Origin: Hormiphora californensis | Taxonomy: Eukaryota > Animalia > Ctenophora | DNA length: 64,000 bases | Assembly (NCBI GenBank): GCA_020137815.1 | Contig: CM035353.1 | Span: forward strand, 4,650,001 to 4,714,000 | Direction: 5' to 3' | Notes under the pieces: generated by a model | Databases searched by the model: none | What the model saw: only the letters and a program-made list of their open reading frames with translations | What the model was told of the DNA's origin: nothing | Translations under genes and position numbers: made by a program | Shown: positions 42,221 through 56,044 of the stretch, piece after piece | Layout: every line of letters starts with the position of its first letter | How positions within the stretch are numbered: the stretch's first letter is position 1

Positions 42221-43204
42221 ACAGTTATGTTAGGAAAACAGTATGGTAAGTAAAATATAATTCATAGAAATAATTTGTGAAAAATTCATACACATTGATA
42301 AAATTTAAATCGAGCTGCTGCAGAGATATTGAAAGTGCATAGTCAACTGAAAGACGTGGTTGTATGCAGTTTGAGTACGCCTGAGGGTACAGGATACTCA
42401 GTACGGTGTACCCTCTCTTTTTGGGAAGAGTACGACGTTTCGAGAAAGAAAGGGATTGAATATAATATGTAACTTGCAGCTCACATCGAGGGGCTTGATT
42501 ATAAAGGAATATCCCGGGATTGATGTGCTCTGCACTGGGTCTCCCACATTCTCCAACAAGTTGGGACAGCACTTATTGTGCTGAGATCCAGGGGGCACTC
42601 GGGGGGGGGGGGGGGGTTGGTCCGACGGTGCAGATTACAATTGAGCGATGGCACCTACCAGGGACCCTAAAACTACCAGCATAATAATTATAGACGTTGA
42701 TTGCTTCTTGGAACAGAGCAATATTATATCGGCAGTATCAACTACAAAGAGTGCTACATGTTCGATTACTGTTCGAACGAGGATTGGATGGAATCAAAAC
42801 TGGTATTCTGCTCCAACTGCCATAAGTGTTACCCGAGTGTTACTCAGGATATGTCAGACAACCAGAAAATATGCAGAAATTTTCAGAACGGCCATGATTG
42901 TGGATTCGGAGGTTGCAGAGGGGTACACCGCATCACCTACGAAGTGTTACTACCCATACTTAGCACCAGTAAGTTCATTCTGGGATTAAACCCTGTCATA
43001 ATTCAGTCCCTGTGCTCAATCCATTTCATTTAAATATCCATTTCTATCTTTGTTCGTCTCTGCATCATATCATTATCAGGGTGTATTCTGCATGTCGTGT
43101 TTGCTAGCTCGCGTTCAACTCTCACACAGCAGCTGCATAACATGCCGGGAAAGATCGAGGAGTAGAGAGAGGGTCGGTGTCGAATCAAATGTTTCTTGAT
43201 CTTG

Positions 43205-43945
43205 ATCTACTCCATCTCTCAGCTTCCCTACCTCTCATCTACTCCATCTCTCAGCTTCCCTACCTCCCATGTACTACATCTCTCAGCTTCCCTACCTGCC
43301 ATCTACTCCATCTCTCAGCTTCCCTACCTCCCATTTACTCCGTCTCTCAGCTTCCCTACCTGCCATCTACTCCATCTCTCTGCTTCCCTACCTAGGATAG
43401 GGTAGCTGAGAGATGGACTAGATGGCTCATGGCAGGTAGGGAAGGTGAGGGTCGAGGGATGGAGTAAATGATGGGAGGTAGGGAAGCTGAGAGATAAAGT
43501 AAATGGGAGGTAGCGAAGCTGAGGGATGGAGTAGATGGGAGGTAGGGAAGCTGAGAGATGGAGTATATGGGAGGTAGGGAAGCTGAAGGATGGAGTAGAT
43601 GGGAGATAGGGAAGCTGAGAGATGGAGTAAATGGGAGGTAGGGAAGCCGAGAGATGGAGTAAATGGGAGGTAGGAAAGCTGAGAGATGGAGTAAATGGGA
43701 GGTAGGGAAGCTGAGAGATGGAGTAAATGGGAGGTAGGGAAGGTAAGCGATGGAGTAAATGGGAGGTAGGGAAGCTGAGAGATGGAGTAAATGGGAGGTA
43801 GGGAAGCTGAGAGATGGAGTAGATGGCAGGTAGGGTAGCTGAGAGATGGAGTAGATGGCAGGTAGGGTAGCTGAGAGATGGAGTAAATGGGAGGTAGGGA
43901 AGCTGAGAGATGGAGTAGATGAGAGGTAGGGAAGCTGAGAGATGT
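43205..43945. repeat. 29-bp minisatellite with an orientation switch
   Basis: CTCCATCTCTCAGCTTCCCTACCTCCCAT(C/T)TA-type units on + until ~43392, then the reverse complement. Confidence 0.9.
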
Positions 43946-44339
43946 TATATGACCCTATAACGTGAGGAATACTTCTTACTGTCACCCGTGTCACCAACAA
44001 GATGGCAGGCGTCCATGCGAGAGCGACAGTTTGGATGGAAGTCTAGACGTCGACAAAGGTTCCGACAATTGGTATCTACACCACAAGATAGCAGTTATTC
44101 AGATGGATTGGTCAATGAATTTTTCCGGACATGAAAACAATATGGTAAGTAAAATATAATTTATAGAAATCATGTGTGTGTGAGTAAGGTACTCTAGACA
44201 CCATGTGGTTCACAATTTGCCCTAACATGCGCATGCATGCCTAAGATATTAATTTTTTCGAGGCCACGCTATCGTTTTGCCGGATGTTTTATTGGGGGGG
44301 GGGGTGATATGTAACAATTCTTTTATTTATATGTATTCT

Positions 44340-44450
44340 TTTACTTTCACCATGGGGTTGAGGGGGTACCATGTTTATGGGCAGACATGGACTCCAGTTG
44401 TTGGGGAATCATTGGGCTTTGTAAGGGAACCTGCTAACCCCCACGACTGC
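44340..44450 (+). pseudogene. HIRAN-like domain N-terminal fragment
   Basis: GLRGYHVYGQTWTPVVGESLGFVREPANPHD (RGYHVY..W.P..GE.L...RE..N..D). Confidence 0.6.
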
Positions 44451-46709
44451 AGTGGCAGGTTGGACAGATCTTCAAGGACAAATGGCAGAAAAGATCCTGA
44501 ATTTCGATAGCTTTCTCAACGAATTTTATTAACTAATTTCCACTAATTTTAATTATTTAAAAAAAATCAAGTTCAAGAAAAAGTTCATAGCTAACTGAAA
44601 GACGTGGTTGTATGCAGTACGCCTGAGGGTACAGGGTACTCAGTATAACGGTGTACCCTCTCTATTTGGGAAGAGTACGACGTTTCGAGAAAGAAAGGGA
44701 TTGAATATAATATGTAACTTGCAGCTCACATCGAGGGGCTTGATTACAAAGGAATATCCCGGGATTGATGTGCTCTGCACTGGGTCTCCCACATTCTCCA
44801 ACAAGTTGGGACAGCACTTATTCTGATGAGATCCATAAGGCACTCGGGGGGGGGGGGGGGGTTCCGACGGTGCAGATTACAATTGAGCGATGGCACCTAC
44901 CAGGGACCCTAAAACTACCAGCATAATAATTATAGACGTTGATTGCTTCTTGGAACAGAGCAATATTATATCGGCAGTATCAACTACAAAGAGTGCTACA
45001 TGTTCGATTACTGTTCGAACGAGGATTGGATGGAATCAAAACTGGTATTCTGCTCCAACTGCCATTATAAGTGTTTCCCGAGTGTTACTCAGGATATGTC
45101 AGACAACCAGAAAATATGCAGAAATTTTCAGAACGGCCATGATTGTGGATTCGGAGGTTGCAGAGGGGTACACCGGATCACCTATGAAGTATTACTACCC
45201 ATTCTAAGTACCAGTAAGTTCATTCTGGGATTTTATCTACAGCATAAGATAGCAGTAGTACAAATGGACTGGAGTATGATTTTTTTCCGGACAGGAAAAC
45301 AATATGGTAAGCAAAATATAGTTCATAGAAAATGAGATATTGAAAGTTTATAGCTAACTGAAAGACGTGGTTGTACGCAGGTTGAGTACGTCTGAGGGTA
45401 CAGTACAGTCTACCCACCTGTCACCGTGTACCCTCTCTTTTTGGGAAGAGTACGACGTTTCGAGAAAGAAAGGGATTGAATATAATATGTAACTGTAACT
45501 TGCAGCTCACATCGAGGGGCTTGATTATAAAGGAATATCCCGGGATGGATGTGCTCTGCACTGGGTCTCCCACCTTCTCTAACAAGTTGGGACAGCACTT
45601 ATTCTGACATGAGATCCATAAGGCACTCGGGGAGGGGGGGGGGCTGAAAACAGGCTAAGAACCCACCAACGGTGCAGATTACAATTAATTGAGCGATGGC
45701 ACCTACCAGGGACCCTAAAACTACCAGCATAATAATTATAGACGTTGATTGCTTCTTGGAACAGAGCAATATTATATCGGCAGTATCAACTACAAAGAGT
45801 GCTACATGTTCGATTACTTTTCGAACGAGGATTGGATGGACTAACACACTCACTATTAGGTTGTTAGATCTTTTCCGGCTGTGGAAGAACCCTCAAAACT
45901 GGTATTCTGCTCCAACTGCCATGAGTGCTTCCCGTTCGCCAACGTACCTGATTATTGTGCCAACGAGGATTGTTTAAATCCTCAATCGAGCGAGCAAATG
46001 CTGCTATCAGAGCAGAAAATATACTATACGTCACTGGAAACCCCATAACGAGAATTACTCGAAGCTTCGGTAAACTTTTAGGAATCATAATTTTTACTAA
46101 TCAATATATGTATCATGGAAGACTTAACCATCAGAGTGTGTGCTAAGTGTCGCAGCACTTGGTCAAATCGCTGCCCAATATAATGGGAATGCTATCTTGA
46201 CTGTTATCTTACTTCAGTTGTCGGTAGTTTAGATGATCAGCAATTCAAGCAAGCCAAGCATGCCCAGGAGCAAAAGCAGACCCAGCAGTCCAGGCGGGCC
46301 CATCAGCAAAAGATGAACCATTTTACAAAAACATCACCGGTGAGTTCTTTCTACGTATAAGTAAGCATATTAAGACTATGAAATATGGACAAATTATTAA
46401 ATTGGATTACATAGGATTAGCACCGTGTATAACTATGTGACGGAGCTTCTAGAATTGAAGGCTTGGTCTTATCACATAACACCTATCTCTAGCTTTTCTA
46501 CACCAACCTTTGTACACATTACGTATCGCTATTAACTACTCTCACACTCTTTCTCAGGAACCACGGGCTGTGGGAGTACATGTTGGAATTGGATGGGGTG
46601 AAGAAACCCACCCTCAAGACAACAAAGGACATGAAATTTGTTCAACGAGATGTAATGCAGATGCACAACTAGTAACTACCAGTTCTTCCTCGAGGCACTC
46701 AAAGAGATA

Positions 46710-46990
46710 TCGATACAGGGAGCTAGTACAAGAAAACTGGATGGCTCCCTATACGAGCAGCCGAGTACCATTGGTCACCCTGGTGCTCAACACAGATGGA
46801 GTGGAATTCACCGCGAGCACTTCCAAATCGCACTACCCGGTGTTACTTGCGGTGAATAAGCTGCCACCTGGGCTAAGGGGAAAGCTGCTTGTCTCTGATG
46901 CTGTTAACCAAAACAGCATTGGAGAAGTTCGATGAGAGGCTGCTAAAGTTACTGGTGAAGGACCTCAACGAGTTGTTCACCAACGGCGTA
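46710..46990 (+). pseudogene. EnSpm/CACTA transposase fragment, second copy, frameshifted
   Basis: VTLVLNTDGVEFTASTSKSHYPVLLAVNKLPPGLRGK then EKFDERLLKLLVKDLNELFTNG. Confidence 0.7.
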
Positions 46991-47263
46991 ATATTTAAAG
47001 TACAAATGATTTTGTAATTTGTATTAATACCGAAATAATATGTATCATATTTACAAAACAGCACCGAAGAAATTCTTTCTACGTTAGCATAAGATTATGA
47101 AATATAGACGAACTATTAAATAGGATTAGCACCGTGTATAACTCTGTGACGGAGCTGAAGGAGCGGCTTCGAGAATTGAAGGACAACGTCAGCTTAACAT
47201 TGATACTGGAGGAGTTCCGTAAACAGTGTGGAAATCCTAGTGTTGACCCTGCTGACAGGTGAG

Positions 47264-48401
47264 ATATGGTCAATGTTATTTTTGTCTGGTTCGTTTTTGA
47301 CTTCGAAAAATGGACACTTTTACATTTAGTCATTTTTGGACAACTAAATAATGCCAAATTAACGAAATATTCCGAATTTATTAATAAAAATGTATAATAA
47401 TCGCTTTTACAACTCTAAAATTTGAATAACTCATTTCGTGAGGTGCCGGTGATATAGTTTGCAAAAGCATGTGCTGTTCCGTCAATTTTTAATAATTTTT
47501 CCTAAAATTTTCGAAAATATGCTGAAAAATGTCCAATATATACACCTATTAAAATATGTAAGCAAACTTACTCAATCTATGAGGTGCGAACGGTGTTTAA
47601 AGTTACACTGTATACTTACATCTACTTTTAAGCCTGTAGCACCTCACGTTTCACGACTTTTCCTAGCTAGATACTTGCAGTAGACTCAAAACCATCATTT
47701 GTACCAAAAAAGTTCCAAAAATTTTGCTCAATGAGTGAGGTGCACCCAAAAAACGGTATTTTCTTCAAACGCTAATTGCACCTCACTCAGTGAGTATATA
47801 GTTCTAAAAGTGGCCTTAATTTGCTCATCTGACATCCCCAAACACTACCTAATCGACTCCAATGTCATTACTCAACCTGTGAGGTGCCCTGGAGAAGTAG
47901 GTAAAATATGTCATTTTTCAAAGGTCTGCACCTCACTCGCTGAGTAATTTTTAGATTAAATTTTAGGTTAATCAGGGGGGAAATTGTCCAATCTTGCTAT
48001 ATACCAAGTTTCAAATCATTATTCACTCATTTGACCCCTGAAGAGTAAACTTTTAGCTCTAAAAACGGCTTGCACCTCACTAAATGAGTAAAATTGTCTT
48101 AGCTTTTCACCTCATCTGATGAGTTAGAAATCAATCTAGCTTTTCCGAAAATTTCGAGATTTTTGCTCAAACAGTATTCCTGTAAATCAAGAGCACCTCA
48201 CGTGGGCACCTCACGGGATATTTCAGTGTCTAGCACCTCACTGGATTGAGCTAGAGACATCGCGTTTTCACAATAATGAAGTTTTGACAATTTTTCAATT
48301 TTTTGAGGTGCTGAGTAAAACCTTGGGGGTTGTAGCCTATTTACTATAGCTCGATGGAAAATTTTGGTCGGCGAGCCAGACAAAAATAACATTGACCATA
48401 T
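47264..48401. mobile_element. Non-autonomous DNA transposon (ATATGGTCAATGTTATTTTTGTCTGG TIR)
   Basis: ~30-bp TIRs; many internal GCACCTCA/TGAGGTGC motifs. Confidence 0.8.
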
Positions 48402-50070
48402 ATCTTAGATAATAGAATTGGTTTGTAAGAGTCTACTAGACCGTCCAGTCTCTACTGTAGACAAATTAATAAATTTCCAGCCGAAAATGTGGTCCAGAAC
48501 ACACTATCAATAATAATTGTTAGTTATGAAATATTGATTAAGTTTCCGCCTCTCTCTAGGCCTGAGAGACGCCCGGATACAGAAGTAACCTGCAACGCAG
48601 TTCCTCAATGCCCTAATCAAGGCAGCAGATCACTACTGGTTCAAAAATAATCACTGGAGGGATGAGGCAGCTGAAATAAAAATCATTTCGATTAAAAGCA
48701 GCAGCAGTTTTAGGATTTATTGCCAATGGCGACGTACTTGTAACAGGTCGAGGGAGTGTTCCACTGCACAAGCATCGGTTCACTCATGAACACAATAATA
48801 TTTAAATCATTATACAGTATTTGGATATGGAGGAGAGGTGGAGGAGGGAGGTGACGAGATATGGGAGATTCTCAATTACAAACTTGTGTAGGAAAACAAT
48901 GATTAGTAAATGTGAATAAATTCAGTTTCCAATATCGCAATCTCATTTCGACGATAATGACACTTTTGAAAAACACAATAACTTCGTAATTAGGATGTTC
49001 GGACGACAACTACTGCAGGAAGTAGTTCAAATGGATCGAGAGGTGGAGGAGGAAGGGCAAGGGGAAGAGGGCGGCGAGAAGAAGGCCAGGGGAAGGAGGT
49101 TGTATTTGGTTGGGATAAAAGCTGTAGTAGCAATCATAAGCATATTGATTGGTAAGTAAAGCCGGGAACAATTCCGATCAACTTCGATGGAACCAACAAT
49201 ATTTTTTGTAGGTTATGTCTTCTCCTTCCTCTTCTCCTGAGAAGAAGAGTATGTCTTTCCCTGACCTTGAAAGCCTACCAAGTGGTCAGGTAACTGAACA
49301 CCAGGTAATCGGTTGGCTGAAATTCCGGATTTTTATGAACGTGAATAGAGTCGGCGAAAGTCGTGTAATATCGGTGGCAGCCAAAGACCTTGCAAACTGA
49401 CACTTTGGTTCGTCTGATTTCCAGGCTATTAGATTAGAGTGTGTCTGATAGCACTAAGAGGTACCCGAGTGAAAATACATCACAACACCATAAACAATGT
49501 GGACCTTAACCTCATTTGAACGTTTGTTAGGGTTCCCTAGCTTATTTTAGAGTTTATTTTGTACAATGTGTAGGCGTGAAGATTTAAATATAATACTATA
49601 CTTCAAACAGCAATCCGACAATACCGGGTTCCATAATGGATACGAGGGTACTCTCGACACTCCGGTGTTGTTCCACTTTGTAGGTGAAAACTCTGACCAA
49701 TCGTGGTGTGCGTTTATTATCTGAGACCCCGGTGTCGGCTTGTTGTTTCTCATTAGATTAGGATGCTAAAAAGGCTCCTACAGACCGCAATAGACATTGA
49801 TGGAGTAGACGAATTGGTCACGTTCGCAAGGTGGATGACGGTGGAAAACAGCCACACTTATTCACTTCTTCAGTTGCTTCATCACAACCAGCTCAACAAG
49901 CGGGGATCTATTGAAGGAAACCACCGAGCTATGAAGAAAGGGAGGAAGTGGATTGACCACAGAACGGCAATGATAGAGGAAGTGACTAGAAGGCAAATGC
50001 AGACTTCACTCAAAGGAATCCATCAACGCAGCGGAAACCAAAGCAATGATGTTAGCAGCGGAGGACACAC

Positions 50071-50751
50071 TACGATGTTTGGAACATAACTCCCAAATCA
50101 CATCGGTGTATAATCGTCGGGAATTTGAATTTGAATCTGTATTACCACTCCTCCGACGAATTACCAATTATACACTCCCTACTTAAGTTTCATAACATAA
50201 ACCAAAATTAGATTTTCATTGTAATATGGCAGCCGGAAAGATATGTACAACTAAACCACTTGTTCAACTTATGACTAGTATCTTTATGTTAGTATATCGT
50301 ACTAAAGTACATCATGAGTAGAGCACTCTCCGGGACAAGGACCATCAACAATAGATCGTACAATATGTGCAACAAAAAGAGAAGTATTTTTGTAAATATT
50401 TCTACATATTGGATTTGTAAAACTATAGATTCGTGTGTGAGTATGCTAGAATCTAGATTATAAGGATAATAATAGTAAGGCTAAAATTTAACTGGCCATG
50501 AAGGCCCTAACACGTCTCGACCGGCAAAATTGATGAACCGTTAAAAATGGAACTCACTTTAAGTTTCTGGAAAGACTTCTACACCGCTGTTTCCAGATTA
50601 CGGATGTGCTCTACACAGTGTCTAGAGCACGTCCGTAGTACGTGTGTGGCTGAATATAAGAACAGCAAACAAATTGGTTGAAACCCAGATGGGAAAGTTG
50701 GCAGCACTATAATAAGATACGGACCAAATGTACGATGAGATGATTCAGGGG
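50071..50751 (+). repeat. ~680-bp direct repeat, copy 1
   Basis: Near-identical to 53819-54492. Confidence 0.9.
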
Positions 50752-51109
50752 GGGGGGGTTCCAACCTATTTTTTTGTACGGTTTTGTACGGTTTTGTACG
50801 GACCATACATAAAAGTATCCGAAATTCCTGTTTTTTTCCATACAAACAATACAAAAAAATACAAAAAAATAATGAAGGATGTGGGTGCCTGATAAAAGTA
50901 TAAATAATACATAGCTGGGTTCCGTTTATGTTCATGTACCATCTATCATATATATGAACGTTTTTAGTTCCATTGTCATCCATTTTCCTGCAAAAAATTA
51001 CATACTAAAAAAGTGTGTAAAAGTACACGTTTTTGAAATTCTAAAAAAACGAAATCATTGATTCAGATTACCGTTACGATTACGAGAAAATTTTATCAGT
51101 TGGAGATCA

Positions 51110-51645
51110 CTTTCTCGGTACTAATTTCGATTCGGGATAATTTTCTCGGTAAAAATTGCGATTTGGGGAAATTTTTCGCTTAGAAAATACGATTCGAGAA
51201 ATTTTTTCGGTAAGAAATTGGGATTCGGGGAAATATCTCGCTTAGAAAATACGATTCGAAAAAATTTTCTCGGTAAGAAATTGCGATGCTAGGAAATTTC
51301 TCGCTTAGAAAATACGATTCGAGAAAAATTTTCTCGGTAAGAAATTGCGATTCGGGGAAATTTCTCGCTTAGAAAATACGATTCGAGAAAAATTTTCTCG
51401 GTAACAAATTTCGATTCGAGGAAATTTCTCGCTTAGAAAATACGTTTCGAGAAAATTTTCTCGGTAAGAAATTGCGATTCGGGGAAATTTCTCGCTTAGA
51501 AAATACGATTCAAGAAAATTTTCTCGTAAAGAAATTGCGATTTGGGGAAATTTCTCGCTTAGAAAATACGATTCGAAAAAATTTCTCGGTAAGAAATTGC
51601 GATTCGGGAAACTTTCTCTCGCTTAGAAATTGCGATTCGATAATA
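51110..51645. repeat. ~63-bp satellite, ~8 copies
   Basis: CTTAGAAAATACGATTCG recurs about every 63 bp. Confidence 0.85.
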
Positions 51646-51886
51646 CTTTCTTGGATAGAAAGTTCGATTGAAGATTTCTCTTGATAATACATTGTCTTGG
51701 ATAGCACTAATTTTTCTCCGGCCTTTAAACAATATTGCACACGTCCAAGTGATAGTCTGTCATGATCTTTCCTGGGAGATTAATTTGTTGTGAGAGGAAT
51801 AGAGAAGATCAAGGGGAGAGAGAGGGGGGCCGGGGCGGGGGGGAATGATATCACTCCGTCTTTGTAGTGCACCACCCCACCTCTTC

Positions 51887-52075
51887 TGAACGGTAAGCGA
51901 TAAGTGTTGCCTTGATTTGGACACAATTTTTTACAGTTTTGGTCATAACTCATCCATTTCTAGGCCAAATTGCAAAATCCTGGCCCCAACATTCTGCAAT
52001 TTGGCCAAGAAATAGATGAGTTATGACCAAAACTGTAAAAAATTGTGTCCAAATCAAGGCAACCCTTACCGTTCA
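51887..52075. repeat. ~190-bp hairpin / small MITE
   Basis: TGAACGGTAAG..GTTGCCTTGATTTGGACAC arms inverted around a ~12-bp loop. Confidence 0.75.
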
Positions 52076-53818
52076 AAACATAACTACAGGGTGGTTCAGA
52101 AAGATGGAGCCACTTTGTGATAACTATTGTTTCGTTCTCCTATCTACTGTGTAATTTTCACGGTCTACTGATTAGAAAAAGAGGAGAAAGTGTCCCTGAG
52201 GATTGCGATCACCTTTCTAATCACCTTTACAATCCCTCAGAGGTCGGGAAAGTACCTTAATTCAACAATTAAGGCCAATTAGACCCAATTATACTCCATT
52301 GGGGCACTTTATCGACCTCTGGAAAATTGCTTACGTGATTCAGCGTATCTTAATTAGTCGAAAAAGTGCCCTCACATAAGCATCTATCATTTCCAGGTGA
52401 AAAGTTGCAAATGGGGTCATTATGTAATGAATGAGTTTCAGTTTTTACTCTCCAAGCTTCGTAAAAAGACCAAGTTTGGTCAGTCTGTGCGACTTGGTCA
52501 AAATCTTGCCCACATATGGCCATGGTCAAGCTTGGGCAGTCTGTGCACACCCCAATAATTGTTATAAATGAGAGCGTTTTCTTACCAAATATGAAGAATA
52601 CTGTAATCGATAGAGGGGTTTGAAACTGAATCCAACGTTAGCCATACCGATATCAGTGAAATGCCTGGGGAAGGAGCGAGGGTTAGAATTCACCCGAGAA
52701 TCAAGAAATCGAGGGGAGGGTTACAAATTTACAAAATAAATCCATCCTCCATTCTCTCTCCACCATCTCAGCTCTCCATTTTTCTCTCTCTATTCTCTCT
52801 CTCTCTCTCTCTCTCTCTCAGCTCTCCATTTTTCTCACCCCATTCTCTCTCTACCCTCTCAGCTCTCCATTTTTCTCACCCCATTCTCTCTCCACCCTCT
52901 CAGCTCTCCATTTTTCTCTCTCTATTCTCTCTCCAGACTCCACCCTCCATTTTTCTCTCTCCACTCTCTCCACCCTCTTCATACTTTCTATGGCTCACAT
53001 CACAGGGTGAGATTGAACAAAGGGCTAGGCCCTATGCATATGCATGCATCATGTAGTGTCAGCAATAAATAAGAATAATTAGTCAGGAACATGAGACAAA
53101 TAAACATGTTCTTTCTTGTTACCTGGTAATAATGGTTGTTCATTGGGATACAGCAGAGGGGTGGACCACCGAACACACCGTTGACACTTGACTGTGGAAT
53201 TCACGGCATAACGTAATAACCGTAATAACCGTCTTTAGAGCCACCTCGATAGCCACAGGTACTCCTGCCTGAAAGGGTTAAGATTGTTACCAACAGGTAT
53301 TCATGAGGTCGACGGCCGAAGCACTAGCAGTGACAATTATCCTATCCAAAACCGAAAAAGCAACATTCGAGTTGCCCTGTTTTTAGCAAGAGACTGTCGT
53401 CACTCGCCATGTTTGTGTTGAAAAATGTTTGTGTTGAAAAATTGGGTTCAAGTTCCAAATCAGAACTTTCTGGCGGCGCCAGAACCCATTTTGACAGTAT
53501 GCTCAGATCGGATCGGCGATGCCAGACAGAATCAGAACGATTTTCATACCTGCTACGTCTTTTCAGAGATATAGTGGGCTCGCACAGTCTCACAGGGACA
53601 AAGAGCAAGGAGAGGACAACGCAACACATCTGATCAATGATCATGTCTGAAGAGAACAAAGGAACAACTGCGCGGGAAATGAGGAGAACAATGGGATCTC
53701 CTCATCCAACGCGACATGTCAAATGTATAGTGGCCATGGCTTGATCGATTTCGCGAGATTTCGTGGACGCGCACTAGATTTGGTGCGCGCCACGCGACAC
53801 TCATTAAAAATTCGACTT

Positions 53819-54492
53819 TACGATGTTTGGAACATAACTCCCAAATCACATCGGTGTATAATCGTCGGGAATTTGAATTTGAATCTGTATTACCACTCCT
53901 CCGACGAATTACCAATTATACACTCCCTACTTAAGTTTCATAACATAAACCAAAATTAGATTTTCATTGTAATATGGCAGCCGGAAAGATATGTACAACT
54001 AAACCACTTGTTCAACTTATGACTAGTATCTTTATGTTAGTATATCGTACTAAAGTACATCATGAGTAGAGCACTCTCCGGGACAAGGACCATCAACAAT
54101 AGATCGTACAATATGTGCAACAAAAAGAGAAGTATTTTTGTAAATATTTCTACATATTGGATTTGTAAAACTATAGATTCGTGTGTGAGTATGCTAGATT
54201 ATAAGGATAATAATAGTAAGGCTAAAATTTAACTGGCCATGAAGGCCCTAACACGTCTCGACCGGCAAAATTGATGAACCGTTAAAAATGGAACTCACTT
54301 TAAGTTTCTGGAAAGACTTCTACACCGCTGTTTCCAGATTACAGATGTGCTCTACACAGTGTCTAGAGCACGTCCGTAGTACGTGTGTGGCTGAATATAA
54401 GAACAGCAAACAAATTGGTTGAAACCCAGATGGGAAAGTTGGCAGCACTATAATAAGATACGGACCAAATGTACGATGAGATGATTCAGGGG
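53819..54492 (+). repeat. ~680-bp direct repeat, copy 2
   Basis: Near-identical to 50071-50751 apart from a small deletion. Confidence 0.9.
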
Positions 54493-54589
54493 ATAACTTC
54501 CAACGATATCTATTTCGATTCCCGGGGCGGCCGGTTGGTTTATATTGCACGTGGAGATGGGTACAGCGGAAGGGTGGGTTATCAAAAAG

Positions 54590-55078
54590 CTAGTGACTAA
54601 AGAACTGACTAACCGATTTGAGAGTCTCAGTGAGCTAACATTCTTGAACCTGCTAGACAGAAAGGAGAACAATGAGCCGCTGGTTGATGCGCTGATGTCC
54701 TCACCATACGGGCATCTTTTTGAGAAGGGTAGATTGCTATCGGACTAGAAGTGTTTTCAGGAGTCTTCAGAGCTGGGGAAAGATCCAGTTAAAATTATTC
54801 AAAAGATTTACCGATTGAAAATGAATGAGTTCGATTTAAAAGAAACTAACAACTCTCATTAGTTGATATTGACCATTCCACTCACCAGTGTCTCGTGTGA
54901 GAGGTCATTCTCCGCACTGAAGAGAATCAAATCCCGGCTCGGAACTAATATGTTGGATAAAAGGCTCTGCCACCTGGCACTCCTAGAGATTGAGGCTGAG
55001 AGAACATATTAGTTGTCCACAGAATCCCTCGTTGATCATTTAGCTGCTAAAGAGAGAAAAATTAGGCTCAAGTTTTAA
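54590..55078 (+). pseudogene. hAT transposase C-terminal dimerisation domain with stops
   Basis: LILTIPLTSVSCERSFSALKRIKSRLGTNMLDKRLCHLALLEIE. Confidence 0.9.
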
Positions 55079-55384
55079 TTAACCTGTTATTCTATTAAAA
55101 CTCACAATTTTTAAGAAACTCGGACAATAATCAAATATTAGTCGTAGTATTGTATCGTTCAACAAGGGCATGTTGGTACACTTCAGCTCTTTTTCCGAGA
55201 CGCTCGCTGTGGTAAAACCGGATACCAATGTTATTCGGTGCTTCCCCGTCGCGTTGGCCATTTTCCAGACCATAATTATGGAGAACCGTTTCAGTAAAAC
55301 ATGTATGGAGTAAAATAATAATGGAGTACCGTTTGAGTAAACTAAACGGTATTTGATTGAATCGATAGCACTAACCGATGACCC

Positions 55385-55718
55385 TAAAAAACTGTACGAT
55401 GCCCTAAAAAGACACGAACAGGAGAAGAAGCGGTGCTATAACGAAAGGGTCCTGGAGGTTGAGCAGGCCTCGTTTTGCCCCCTGGTGTTCTCAGTTACGG
55501 GAGCTATGGGAAATGAGGCTGAAAAATTCTACCGACACCTCGCTCACCGTCTAGCCAAGAAAACCTGCCGAACCTATCCCCACACCATGAGATATATCCG
55601 GCAACGAATCTCATTCAATCTTCTCCGCACCGCTGTTATTAGCCTAAGGGGACACAAGGGTACTAAACTCAAAGCATATTCAAAGGACATTAATGATTTT
55701 AATTTATGGTATATTTAA
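55385..55718 (+). pseudogene. CRE-clade non-LTR restriction-like endonuclease C-terminal fragment
   Basis: HEQEKKRCYNERVLEVEQASFCPLVFSVTGAMG.EA..F..HLA..LA..YIRQRISFNLLRTAVISLRG. Confidence 0.85.
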
Positions 55719-56044
55719 TTTATTGCAATGTGTGATTTTACTGACTGACTTTTTATTTATAATATTTATTGTTTATTTGAGTGAGTGATTTTAAGATTTA
55801 TTTATTACTAATCCCAACACCGGGGGCAAATGATCGAACCCAATGTGAATGAGACTCATCGCGATTAACTCTTCGGCAGCTTCTCTTCGGCTGTTGGAAA
55901 GTGATGCCAATCGGTGTTGGGGTTAGTGAATGCGCAAAAAAAATTTAATTTATTGTGATTGGTGATGAATTGTCAGCATCGCAATGGAAGGCACGAAAAA
56001 AAAGGTTGGTTAAAATTGAGAAAGTGTTGCAGCCAGTTAACCCA

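Larger units (their letters stand above)
42225..45925 (+). repeat. Triplicated ~0.7-0.8-kb unit (42225-42990, 44070-45232, 45233-45925) encoding a Cys-rich/CCCH segment
   Basis: Near-identical blocks; CRNFQNGHDCGFGGCRGVH at 42872-42928 and 45117-45173. Confidence 0.8.
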
